Assembly: GCA_037443035.1 (NCBI GenBank)
Contig: JBBIPC010000014.1
Span: forward strand, 32,700 to 96,699
Direction: 5' to 3'
Length of the DNA stretch: 64,000 bases
From: Chthonomonadales bacterium
Lineage (GTDB): Bacteria > Armatimonadota > Chthonomonadetes > Chthonomonadales > CAJBBX01
In this document: piece by piece, positions 30,599 through 39,965 of the stretch
Numbering within the stretch: position 1 is the first letter of the stretch
Layout of the letters: each line of letters opens with the position of its first letter
Made by a program: the position numbers and the translations under genes
The notes under the pieces: generated by a model
What the model was told of the DNA's origin: nothing
The model's input: only the letters and a program-made list of their open reading frames with translations
Database searches by the model: none

Positions 30599-31276
30599 TC
30601 ACTTTGGCGCGGGTTGCCCCAGGGGTAACAGGTACACAGGCCGAATACCCTCCGGCAGCTTGAGGAGTTCTGTGACTCTGGCCTCATCGAACCCGCCAAC
30701 AGGAATGCTCCCGAGCCCGAGAGCGGTGGCTTCTAGGAGCACGTTCTCTGCGATGTGTGCAGCCTCCATGCAGGCATATCTTTCTGCCTTGGCGCCGGCG
30801 CGAGCTTCGAGCGGGGCGAGGTCCATGCCCAGCACCATGATGACCGGCGCGCCACCGAGATTCGCCGGGTTCGGCGGTATGGCGCGCAGTTCCTCGAGTA
30901 CGTTGTCCGTGCGTAGGGTCTTGAGAGCATGCTCCTTGGGGACGTATTCGTGCACACCCTTTGTGTGTACGAGATAGACGTGGATGGAATACAGGGCCAT
31001 GGCCGACGGCGCCGTCCGGAGCCCCTTCTCTGGTTCGGTAGTGCCTTGCGCTGCCCAGCAGAGCTGGCTGACCTGTTCGGCTGTGAGGGGAGTCTTGGCG
31101 TACGACCGACACGATCGCCGCTTGGCAAGGGCCTCGTCGAGACTCATACCTCCCCTGGTCGAGGGCTTCGGCAACACCGTCAGACCGCTCTGCCGGGACG
31201 AGATCGGTGCTCCGATGCTGGCCGCGACAAGTATCGCCAGACCTGTTACGCCGACGATGTAGCGTATTCGGACCAT
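30599..31276 (-). CDS. SagB/ThcOx-type nitroreductase family flavoprotein with signal peptide
   Basis: ALAKRRSCRSY, WAAQG, RTAPSA, EAAHIAENVLL; hydrophobic N-terminus. Confidence 0.9.
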   Translation of the reverse strand: MVRIRYIVGVTGLAILVAASIGAPISSRQSGLTVLPKPSTRGGMSLDEALAKRRSCRSYAKTPLTAEQVSQLCWAAQGTTEPEKGLRTAPSAMALYSIHVYLVHTKGVHEYVPKEHALKTLRTDNVLEELRAIPPNPANLGGAPVIMVLGMDLAPLEARAGAKAERYACMEAAHIAENVLLEATALGLGSIPVGGFDEARVTELLKLPEGIRPVYLLPLGQPAPK

Positions 31277-31339
31277 TGGACTGCCTCCTTTCTCGAGCGC
31301 GAATGGCAGCAGTGACCCGACCACTACTGCCGATAAGTG

Positions 31340-33097
31340 TTAGTCACCATACGGATCTGGTTTCTGCAGTCTGAGGTACCTCCATACGGGTATGCTCACG
31401 GGGTTACCGTTCGGAGCCCAGGGATCGACCGTCACGGAGGTGCCGAACACGCCTCCCGGCTTGCCGTGGCAATCGGTGCACCCGTTAGCACCCAAGGCGC
31501 GGGAAGCCCGGGAGACGTTGTGGCTGAAGGTCCATCTCAGCGGCGATGCCTGGGGATGCGGACCATGCGTGAGCCGTCCAGTGCGAATCTCCCAGACTTC
31601 GTGTCCTTTCACATATGCTGGGCTGACAACCGGGAACCTTCCCCCTTGCATCGTCTCCGCTACTGCTTCGAGCATGGCCCGAGTCTCGTCTTCCCTATTG
31701 GCTTCCGGCTTACCATCTCCGTTGTCGTCGCTAATGCGATCTTGCACGAGTCGAAAGGCCTTGGCCGTCTCCGCGAAGGTGAGCGGATGGATGACGTTGC
31801 CGACCCGCATACCCCACCAAGAAGGCAGAAGGGCGTTGCCGACAGAGATCTGGCCGTTCCGAAGGCGGAAGTAAGCAGGCTGCCACGGCTTGGTTTCGCC
31901 TTACTTGTGGGCTTCTCGGTTCGTCGGGATACCCACGCTGGCGCCTGTGGTCGTGTCCACAACATGGACCGCGGTCACGTTGGCGTCACGCACATGGCAC
32001 ACTACGCACGCGAGCTTCTCGAGATGGTCTTGTTGTAGGGTAGCGTGTCTAGGCTTCTTGGCACCGAGTTGGCCACTCCAATGACAGCCCTTGCATGAGA
32101 GAGTTGGGTCGTCCATCTCATCGTGGAGGAAAACGGCGTTGGATCGGCCTTTGCGGATCTGATGGTCGGCTCCCGAGGTGTGGCAGGTCGTGCAGGAGAA
32201 CTTGGAGTGCACATCCTCGTTACGGCCATCCCACACGTGACCGCGCTTCTTCGTTTCAGCCTCTGCGTGGCAGAACAGGCAGTTCTTGTCCGTCGTCTTG
32301 CTCGGTACCACCCGAATGGAGGAAGCACTCGTTAGATCCGCACGATAAGCGAGCCGGGGTGTCTGCCCATCCGCCACGGAACCTTCGACGGTGCCCAAGC
32401 CGGCACCGACCGTTGCCGCCCAGCGGTAGTTCGACTTGGCCAACTGTGCCACCCTCTCTTTGGGATCGTAGTGCTGGGTGTGGCACATGAGGCAGTCGGC
32501 CTCCAGCACTCCGGAGCGCTGCCAGTCCGTCTTGTAGTAATCGCCATCCAGGCTGTCCGCAAGGTCTGGTTGTCGAGCCATGCGGTGGTCGTAGCGTTGC
32601 CCATCGCGGTCGTGCTCGAAGATGGATCCGCCGGGATGGCAAACCGCGCAAGTCCGGGCATAGACGTACGGTGTCATTCCGACTTCGTCCGCCCGGGAGT
32701 TGCGCTTCTTGGAGAGCCAGGCGTAGGACATATGTTGCTGGCCTCCGTTCTGTCCGGGCGAAGACATCCACGGCCTGTTGCGGTGCTTGGCGCCCCAGTC
32801 GTCCGCTATCACGTCCGCACCCATGGTGAAGTGGTAGGCTCTCGTAATCGCGTCGTATGGATGACATCCCCCGCAGGTCGCCCGAGGACTGTAGGGTCGA
32901 GGACCCGGCACCGAAGGGTCAATCTGCAGCCCGGCCTCATCCTTGAGAGTGACCGGCACATGAGTCTTCTGTGCATCCGTGTCCTGGTTCGCAACCCGGG
33001 CGAATCCTGCCATGGAGATGAGTGCAGCTAACGGCACCCCAGTGACGAGCGTCAGGAGCGCGGATGGGCGTATCTTGCCAAACCGTACTTGCCTCAT
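31340..33097 (-). pseudogene. Octaheme cytochrome c interrupted by an in-frame TAA at 31901-31903
   Basis: 7 CxxCH before the stop and 1 after it in the same frame (..REAHK*GETKPWQPAYFRL..CTDCH); signal peptide. Confidence 0.85.
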
Positions 33098-33121
33098 TGA
33101 AGCATCACTTCCTAAGTGATC

Positions 33122-33820
33122 TCAGTGTGCGGTGTAGACCATGTAAAGCCCACCGAGCAGTACAAGGGCACCGCAGACGCGCTTGATCAACGTCATCCTG
33201 CCGTTGCTCTGGTTCCAAGCGAGGTATTTCTGGACAGCCTCGGCGCTCGTGCCACCCGCAACGATGACGGAGCAGTGCCCGACGCCGTAGGCCATGAGGA
33301 GACTGGCTGCGAAGACAGGCGCCTGGGCTGCCACTTTGAAGGTGACGGCAAGAACCGGGGCCATGTACGCGAATGTACAAGGTCCCAAGGCAACACCAAA
33401 GACAAGCCCGAGCAGAAAGGCCGCTCCCAGGCCACTGCCAGTCGTTCGGGCGTTCTGCGCACCGGAGAAGTTCAGCGGTACGACATCCAGCAGATGAAGC
33501 CCGACGAGAAAGAAGATAGCCGCTACAACATAGTTGATCCACCCACCCAGGTCGCCGGCCATCCGACCCAGGGCCGAAGTCACGCCGCCGATCACAGCTA
33601 TCGTTACCAGAATGCCCACGGCGAAAACCAGGGCTATCCAGAAGGCTCGCCGTGTGGTTATGCCCTCTCGGACCACAATGAACCCCACGATGAGCGGAAT
33701 GCTTGCGAGATGACAGGGGCTCAGCAGAATGCTCAAGACGCCCCAGGCGGCCGAGGCACCGAGTGCCAAGCCCGGCGATCCCTCGATAGCTCTTGTGAGC
33801 TGGGTGAACAGCTCTTGCAT
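33122..33820 (-). CDS. ccdA: CcdA/DsbD transmembrane electron transporter
   Basis: LSPCHL and LGPCTF motifs, ~6 TM helices. Confidence 0.9.
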   Translation of the reverse strand: MQELFTQLTRAIEGSPGLALGASAAWGVLSILLSPCHLASIPLIVGFIVVREGITTRRAFWIALVFAVGILVTIAVIGGVTSALGRMAGDLGGWINYVVAAIFFLVGLHLLDVVPLNFSGAQNARTTGSGLGAAFLLGLVFGVALGPCTFAYMAPVLAVTFKVAAQAPVFAASLLMAYGVGHCSVIVAGGTSAEAVQKYLAWNQSNGRMTLIKRVCGALVLLGGLYMVYTAH

Positions 33821-33826
33821 GGCCGT

Positions 33827-34659
33827 CTACTGGACTCCCATCTGCGCTAGCTTCTCCACCAGCTTCTCTTTGGGCCAGAACCCGACATGTCGGAAGAACT
33901 CGTTACCGTTCTTATCGAGGAAGATCTGAACCGGAATGCTCTCGATGACGTACCGGGCTGCGAGGATCGGCTCTTCGCGGACTTGCACGTCGAGAACGAT
34001 GCACTTACCAGCGTAGCTCTTCCTAAGCTCCTCGAGGATCGGAGCCAGCATTTCGCACGGTATGCATCCCTTCGATCCGAACTTGACGAGAGCGGGCTTG
34101 CCGGACCGTCTGGCGGCGTCCACGGGGTTGTCAAGGACCGTCCTGGCCTGCGTTGCGCACCATGCCGCGTTCACCTCGATGAGGTGCCGCTTCCCAAGGT
34201 TTTGGATGTGGTCTGCGATTGCCTGCTGCCGTTTCCCGCTCCCCAGGTAGCTTCGGATCTCGGACGCCACCGCGTCGTACGCTGCTCCGCCGAACATCTG
34301 CCGGTTCTGCTCGGAAAACGCTCTGGCCGCCGTGTCGCTGACCGTCACAGAAGCTACCAGCGTCTGCAGGTAGGCTCCGATGAGTGCGTCATCGCTCTTT
34401 CTAGCAGCCGCGGACGGAGCACGCTTCGACCAGGCTACAGCCTCATTCCTCAGCAGGGCGCGGGTGGCCATGGTCTCCAGCACGACAATCTCGAAACCCC
34501 GCACCTGCTTACGCGATGCTTCGGGCAGGCGGGCCACTTCTGCTCTCAGTTGCTTCTCAGCTGTAGTCTTCATCTAGCTGTTGGGCGGGCCGTAACACGA
34601 CGCTGGACGCCCCAGCGAGATTACCATGAGAAGGACGCTGCCTGCAGTGCTCGTTTCAT
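33827..34659 (-). pseudogene. Thioredoxin-domain protein with helical N-domain; 5' end frameshifted (intact ORF 33827-34573)
   Basis: GCIPCEML..IPVQIF Trx fold; ATGA-coupled start at 34659 stops after 12 codons; signal-like stretch in the downstream frame ends in TAG at 34574. Confidence 0.6.
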
Positions 34660-35087
34660 TGCTTTCGGAGGTCCACGCCGTGTTCACGGAATGCGTTGAC
34701 GATCTCATCCTTGGGCCAGAACCCCACGTGACGGTAGATCTCGTTGCCGTTAGCATCGTAGAGGATCTGTGTGGGGATGCTCGCGATGCCGTACTTGCGG
34801 CCCTCTTCCGGGGACTGCCAGACGTCAATGAAGTCCACCCTGAGGTTCGGCCCATATTCCTTCTGCAGCTCCTCCATGACGGGTTTCATCATCTTGCAGG
34901 GAATGCAGGAGACGGAGCCCAGCTCGAGCATACGGGGAACGCCCAACGCTTCGCCTCCTGGCGCTCGTTGTCCCGCAACCGTCGGGCTCCCGCCATGTTT
35001 CTCCTTCATCATGGCGACGGCGATGATGGCGATCAACAGAAGCAGCACAACGCTCACTTTCGTTGTCAAAGACGGACCTTGTCTCAT
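34656..35087 (-). CDS. Membrane-anchored extracytoplasmic thioredoxin
   Basis: N-terminal TM; SCIPCKMM; IPTQI; RHVGF. Confidence 0.92.
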   Translation of the reverse strand: MRQGPSLTTKVSVVLLLLIAIIAVAMMKEKHGGSPTVAGQRAPGGEALGVPRMLELGSVSCIPCKMMKPVMEELQKEYGPNLRVDFIDVWQSPEEGRKYGIASIPTQILYDANGNEIYRHVGFWPKDEIVNAFREHGVDLRKQ

Positions 35088-35425
35088 ATGTTATCTGTCC
35101 TCAGTTCGACTGTTACATCGCGGGGCAGCGCCAGACCCGCAGCGACCTGCATGGCCCTGAAGATACCGATCGGCGTAACGCAGGCACTACAGCAGCCGCT
35201 GAGGGGCTGACGTGCCGCAGTGAGGATGGCTCCGTCCGTGCCTCTGTGAATCTCCTCGAGGGCATTCACCACGGAAAGCTTCTCAGCAAGAGATCGAATC
35301 TTCTCACAGGGGCTTTCCACCCGGAGAGTGACGCGCATGTCCTCCTCTTGGGTGGCTACCACCTCCGTGACAAAGCCACAGACACCGGCATGGATACGTG
35401 CCCTAGCTGCTGTCACTCGTTGCAT
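35084..35425 (-). CDS. Small Cys-rich protein (DUF6951-like)
   Basis: GVCGF, SPCEKI, GCCSACVTP, AAGLALP. Confidence 0.75.
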   Translation of the reverse strand: MQRVTAARARIHAGVCGFVTEVVATQEEDMRVTLRVESPCEKIRSLAEKLSVVNALEEIHRGTDGAILTAARQPLSGCCSACVTPIGIFRAMQVAAGLALPRDVTVELRTDNI

Positions 35426-35437
35426 TCACCATAACAG

Positions 35438-35815
35438 CTAGCCCTGCACGCCCAGCGACTCGCGAACAGTGGCCGCCGCCTTGGCGACTTCGTCGCGGCT
35501 GTAGTTGAAGTCCCGCGCCTTCGTGACTCCCAGATCGGTTATCACGACATGCACGTCCACAGGCATGGCGGCCGCTTCGAGAGCCTTTCGCACGCAGTGC
35601 ACGCCACAGCCGTCAATAGCCACGCGCTTAGTCGCTTCTCGCGCTGCCTGTACGAAGCTCGGGAACTGCGCTGCAACACCCACAGCGCAGTACATCCTTC
35701 CCTGGCCGAGTTGATCCAGAGCCTTTGCCGTATCGTTGGCAATCTGACCGACGTTACTAGCGCCGCCGCATGCGAGCAGCATAATATCCGAAGCCCCACA
35801 ACATGTGTTTGCCAT
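35438..35815 (-). CDS. DGC-domain putative zinc-binding protein
   Basis: ACGGASNVGQ, MYC, AIDGC..HC. Confidence 0.9.
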   Translation of the reverse strand: MANTCCGASDIMLLACGGASNVGQIANDTAKALDQLGQGRMYCAVGVAAQFPSFVQAAREATKRVAIDGCGVHCVRKALEAAAMPVDVHVVITDLGVTKARDFNYSRDEVAKAAATVRESLGVQG

Positions 35816-35827
35816 CTCGGTGTCCTT

Positions 35828-36061
35828 TCACGAAGAAAGCAATCGCTTGATCTCGTCGACCGTGGCGACACGGCCCGACGTCTTCACCTTTCCATCGACC
35901 GCCAAGGCAGGGGTCATCATGACGCCGAACCGTATGATCTGCTGGATATCCTCGATCTTCTCGATCTCGTAGTCCAGCCCAAGCTCGCGTGCCGCTGCCT
36001 CGGCGTTCTCTGTAAGCTTCTTGCACTTAGCACAACCAGTGCCCAGTATCTGGATCTTCAC
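35828..36061 (-). CDS. Small redox-active disulfide protein (MTH895-like thioredoxin)
   Basis: KIQILGTGCAKC..GVMMTPALAVDG. Confidence 0.93.
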   Translation of the reverse strand: MKIQILGTGCAKCKKLTENAEAAARELGLDYEIEKIEDIQQIIRFGVMMTPALAVDGKVKTSGRVATVDEIKRLLSS

Positions 36062-36122
36062 CGGCTCTCCTTGCCTCCTTTTTGTTCTGCATTCATAGCG
36101 AGTGATGTTGCTGCACCAACGC

Positions 36123-37436
36123 TCACCCGCGCATGGTGCCAAAGATCATGCCAGTGATCGTGGCCATGACCACAACGAGCGAAACGTACACGAGCGTCTT
36201 CTTGACTCCCATCATGCGACTCAGGACGAGCATACTGGGGAGGGACAAGGCCGGACCTGCCAACAGCAAAGCCAGCGCGGGTCCCTTGCCCATGCCGGAC
36301 CCCAGAAGTCCCTGAAGGATAGGCACCTCGGTCAGGGTTGCGAAGTACATGAAGGCCCCAGCGATGGACGCGAAGAAATTGGCTCCGAGCGAGTTGCCAC
36401 CCACGGCGGCGTGCACCCACTCTGAGGGAATGAGCCCTTCGTGACCAGGGCGACCCAGCAGGAGACCTGCCACTATGACCCCTCCGAGCAGGAGTGGCAT
36501 CACCTGTTTGGCGAAGCCCCAGCTCTGGTTCAGCCATTCTCCGCCTTCTCCCTCATCGCCTCTGAGAACCCAGGAGAGACCCACAATGCCTGCTGCGAAG
36601 GGCACCATGGGCATCCCACGAAACAGGATCGCCAGAACGGCCACAGCCACAGTCACGCCCGAAACCTTCAGCGCTGGAAGCTCGATCCAATAGACTAGGA
36701 TGGCCGCGAGTAACGCGGCGAACGCCGCCGTAATCAGCCACTTCACCTGGTACACGGCGTACCAGAAGCCCGTCGTACCTTCCGGTGAACTCCAGTTGGC
36801 GAAGACCAAGATGCCGATCATTGCGGCGAAGAAGAGAGCGTTCTGATGGAGCGGCCTCCGCACCTCCACGTCGGGCAGCAGCTCCTGTGCCTCCTCCTTG
36901 GCCTTCTCCTCGTTCCGGAAGAACAAGTGCATCAGAAGACCCACAGTGACGGAGAAAAGCACTGCGCCCAGTGCCCGAGCCGCGCCAAGTTCGAAACCGA
37001 GTATCCGTCCGGTCATGATGATGGCCAGGACGTTGATCGCAGGTCCGGAGTACAGGAACGCAGTAGCAGGTCCAAGACCTGCTCCCATCTGGTAGATGCC
37101 TCCGAAAAGAGGCAGAACAGTACAGGAGCAGACTGCCAGGATGGTTCCCGATACCGAGGCAACGCCGTAGGCAAGAACCTTCGGAGCGTTGGCCCCAAGG
37201 TACTTCATGACCGATGCTTGACTCACGAAGACGGCGATGGCGCCGGCTATGAAGAACGCGGGCACGAGGCAGAGCAGTACGTGCTCTTGTGCGTACCAGC
37301 GAACGAGGTAGAGCGACTCCCAGATGGCGTTCCTTAGACGGGACCAGGATTGTAGTTGCTCTACTGGCAAGTAGAAGAACACGAGGAAGGCTATGATGAG
37401 AAGCGCAGCCTTGCGCCATTCGTCACGCCAGTTCAT
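36123..37436 (-). CDS. arsP: ArsP/DUF318 permease (organoarsenical efflux family)
   Basis: LAVCSCTVLP, GPAINV, MYFATLTEVP, AGPALSLP. Confidence 0.88.
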   Translation of the reverse strand: MNWRDEWRKAALLIIAFLVFFYLPVEQLQSWSRLRNAIWESLYLVRWYAQEHVLLCLVPAFFIAGAIAVFVSQASVMKYLGANAPKVLAYGVASVSGTILAVCSCTVLPLFGGIYQMGAGLGPATAFLYSGPAINVLAIIMTGRILGFELGAARALGAVLFSVTVGLLMHLFFRNEEKAKEEAQELLPDVEVRRPLHQNALFFAAMIGILVFANWSSPEGTTGFWYAVYQVKWLITAAFAALLAAILVYWIELPALKVSGVTVAVAVLAILFRGMPMVPFAAGIVGLSWVLRGDEGEGGEWLNQSWGFAKQVMPLLLGGVIVAGLLLGRPGHEGLIPSEWVHAAVGGNSLGANFFASIAGAFMYFATLTEVPILQGLLGSGMGKGPALALLLAGPALSLPSMLVLSRMMGVKKTLVYVSLVVVMATITGMIFGTMRG

Positions 37437-37508
37437 GTCCGGCCCTCCGACCGGACGGGTGGTGCGTCAATGAAGCGTTTGGAACGCATCGGTAACTCCA
37501 ATAGTGGT

Positions 37509-37530
37509 TATTTGGTCTATCAGCCAACTA
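37509..37530. promoter_or_regulatory. Putative ArsR operator upstream of arsP
   Basis: TATTTGGT-N6-GCCAACTA imperfect inverted repeat, similar to the site at 37900. Confidence 0.6.
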
Positions 37531-37563
37531 TGCCCCAGTAGACACTTTTCCGGTTCCCTGACT

Positions 37564-37893
37564 TCAGTCAGCTTCCTTTGATAAGACGTGGAATGCGCTG
37601 TACCGATCCGCCAGAACCGCCTCGACACAATCGAAGAAGCGGAGGATACAGGGAACGCGCAAGGAATAGAAGACCTGTTGACCCACCTTGCGGTCCCGAA
37701 CGATGCCTGCATTCTTCATCAAGCTAAGATGCTTGGACACGGTGGACATGTCCGACCCGACGATCCGCTGCAGATCGCAGACGCAGCGTTCGCCTCTCGA
37801 GAGAGCATCCATGATCATGAGGCGGCTGGGATGCGCCATCGCCTTGATGACCTGCGCCTTGGCCCTGTATAGCTCTTCATCGTGCGCGTTCAT
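37564..37893 (-). CDS. arsR: ArsR/SmtB family regulator (CVC type)
   Basis: KAMAHPSRL, ERCVCDL, STVSKHLS..AGIV. Confidence 0.93.
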   Translation of the reverse strand: MNAHDEELYRAKAQVIKAMAHPSRLMIMDALSRGERCVCDLQRIVGSDMSTVSKHLSLMKNAGIVRDRKVGQQVFYSLRVPCILRFFDCVEAVLADRYSAFHVLSKEAD

Positions 37894-37899
37894 AATGCT

Positions 37900-37930
37900 T
37901 AGTTTGCCATGTTGCCAACCAATCCGTCAA
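37900..37930 (-). promoter_or_regulatory. arsR promoter (TTGACG-18-CAAACT) overlapped by putative ArsR operator
   Basis: TAGTTTGC-N6-GCCAACCA at 37900-37921; -35 at 37930-37925. Confidence 0.55.
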
Positions 37931-38097
37931 CTAGGCATATTGTTTCATGTAATATCTGCGCGTTACCTCACGTAACACCTTCCCTAGGTGGATCGTTTCC
38001 ATCCGTCAACCAGCATCCTGGGTCGGTGACCGTCGGAACACTCGCAGAGGGTAGACTCCGTCCATCCTAACCCAGCAAGAGCGTCGAGGTCTGTCCG

Positions 38098-38631
38098 ATG
38101 CGGAATCCAGTGATCGTTGCCGCCGTTGGTCTCGTCCTGTTCGTTCTATTCGTCATGTTGGTCTCGCCGAAGGGTGTCGGCAGTGGGGACGACCTGCTGC
38201 CTCCGGGACCAGCACCAGCTATGCGCATCAAGAGTCCCGACGGCACGACCTACAGCTTGGCCGACTACAAGGGCAAGGTGGTGCTGGTGAAGTTCTGGGC
38301 CACCTGGTGCGGACCATGCGCCATGTCTACGCCTCGCATCGTGGACCTCTACAAGAGGCGTCACAAGGAGGGACTCGAAGTCCTCGGTGTGGCCCTGGAA
38401 CACGACGATGGGCAACAGATACCAGCCTATGTCCAGGAGATGGGTGTGACGTATCCTGTCGGGCTGGCGGATCCTCCGGACTCGGTACGGTCCTGGCTAC
38501 GTCCGGATGTGGGCATCCCCGCCATCTTCATTGTTGACAAGAAAGGCAGGATCCGATGGTCGAGGAGCGGCTATGCGCCGGAGCGGGAGCATGAGATCGA
38601 GGACAAGGTCGTGGAGCTCCTCCGGGAGTAG
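38098..38631 (+). CDS. TlpA/ResA-like disulfide reductase
   Basis: N-terminal TM; FWATWCGPC; GIPAIFIVDKKG. Confidence 0.93.
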   Translation: MRNPVIVAAVGLVLFVLFVMLVSPKGVGSGDDLLPPGPAPAMRIKSPDGTTYSLADYKGKVVLVKFWATWCGPCAMSTPRIVDLYKRRHKEGLEVLGVALEHDDGQQIPAYVQEMGVTYPVGLADPPDSVRSWLRPDVGIPAIFIVDKKGRIRWSRSGYAPEREHEIEDKVVELLRE

Positions 38632-38687
38632 TCTGCCGATGGCGGGTGTTTTCCGCCGTACAACGCTCGGGCGGCCGTGAGGATGGC

Positions 38688-39962
38688 GTGAGCCCTCTGT
38701 CGCTGTCCGAGGTCCTTGCCGAGGAATGGAGACCTGCGCTGGGGTGTACCGAGCCTGCGTGTGTGGCCTATGCTGCAAGCCTGGCGGCGTCGCTGGTCTC
38801 CGGCCCGGTTCGGGAGGTATCTGTTACCTGCGATCCCCGCATGTACAAGAACTGTTACGCGGTTGGCATTCCTAACTCGGGTCACAAGAGCGGGCTCCTC
38901 TGGGCGGCGGCCTTGGGAGCGTTCTTACCGGATCCCAGCGCCGAGCTGGAGTTGCTGCGTCACGTCACACCGGACACTGTGACTTGTGCCGCCGCTCTGC
39001 TGGCGGAAGGGCGCGTCCATGTCGAGGTAGACGCTTCGCGGCAGGGACTCTATGTCGAATGCATCGTGCAAGGATCCAGGGACCGTGGGCGTGCCGTACT
39101 GGAGGACGAGCATACACATGTCGCTCTTCTCCAACGGAACGGCGTCGCCGTCGCCGAAAATCCATGTCGGCAGAGCCGGTCGGGATCGGTTCGTGAGGAG
39201 CTAGCCAAGTCAAGTTTCGCTGATCTGGTCGGCATGGCCAGCAATGCCACCGCGACGGACAGGGAGCTCCTCCGGGATGGTGCCCGTATGAACGTGGCGA
39301 TCGCGCGGCACGGGTTCGCCATGTTCCCCGATCGTTTCATTGGCGCGGCCACCGATTCGGCTATTGGTCTAGCTGGACAGATGGTATGCGCAGGCGTCTA
39401 TGCCCGTATGTGGGGTGCTGACATCACCGTCATGTCGCTGGCTGGTTCCGGAAACAAGGGCATTACAGTCGCCGTTCCGATCTATGTCGTGGGGGAAGAC
39501 ATGGGATTGGAGCCGCGCCGCGTGGAGGAGGCGCTTGCGCTAGCCTGTCTGTTGACTTCGGTCACGACTGCCCATCTTGGTTCCCTCTCGGCGGCGTGCG
39601 GTTGCGCGCATGCCGCAGGCGTTGGGCTGGCTGGGGCTTTCGTCCATCTACGTGGCGGCGGCCCTGCGGAGGTCTCGATGGCTGTCACGAACATGGTGGG
39701 CAACGTGACCGGCATCATCTGTGATGGGGCTAAGATCGGGTGTGCGCTGAAGACCATGTCTGCCGTAGATGCAGCTCACCGTGCTGCCACGCTTGCGTGC
39801 GAGGGGATTGTCATTCCCCCGACGGACGGCATCGTTGGCAATGACGGTTACGCATCTCTGCACAACCTCGCTCGCGTGGCCACCCGTGGGATGGCGGCCA
39901 TAGACAACGAAGTGCTCGATATTCTTCGCTCCAAGATGGGGCTGGCAATAGAGCCATCCTGA
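38688..39962 (+). CDS. L-cysteine desulfidase (CyuA/YhaM-like, serine dehydratase alpha family)
   Basis: PALGCTEP, GSGNKGI, LSAACGC, ICDGAKIGCALK. Confidence 0.88.
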   Translation: MSPLSLSEVLAEEWRPALGCTEPACVAYAASLAASLVSGPVREVSVTCDPRMYKNCYAVGIPNSGHKSGLLWAAALGAFLPDPSAELELLRHVTPDTVTCAAALLAEGRVHVEVDASRQGLYVECIVQGSRDRGRAVLEDEHTHVALLQRNGVAVAENPCRQSRSGSVREELAKSSFADLVGMASNATATDRELLRDGARMNVAIARHGFAMFPDRFIGAATDSAIGLAGQMVCAGVYARMWGADITVMSLAGSGNKGITVAVPIYVVGEDMGLEPRRVEEALALACLLTSVTTAHLGSLSAACGCAHAAGVGLAGAFVHLRGGGPAEVSMAVTNMVGNVTGIICDGAKIGCALKTMSAVDAAHRAATLACEGIVIPPTDGIVGNDGYASLHNLARVATRGMAAIDNEVLDILRSKMGLAIEPS

Positions 39963-39965
39963 GCC

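Noticed and set aside
31901..31903. Selenocysteine or pyrrolysine readthrough in the cytochrome
   Set aside because: The stop is TAA, not TGA or TAG; the neighbouring DGC, ArsM and Trx-like genes all use Cys codons.
33088..33097. ATGAGGCAAG match to the IS-end motif
   Set aside because: A 10-bp match that is simply the cytochrome start codons; likely chance.
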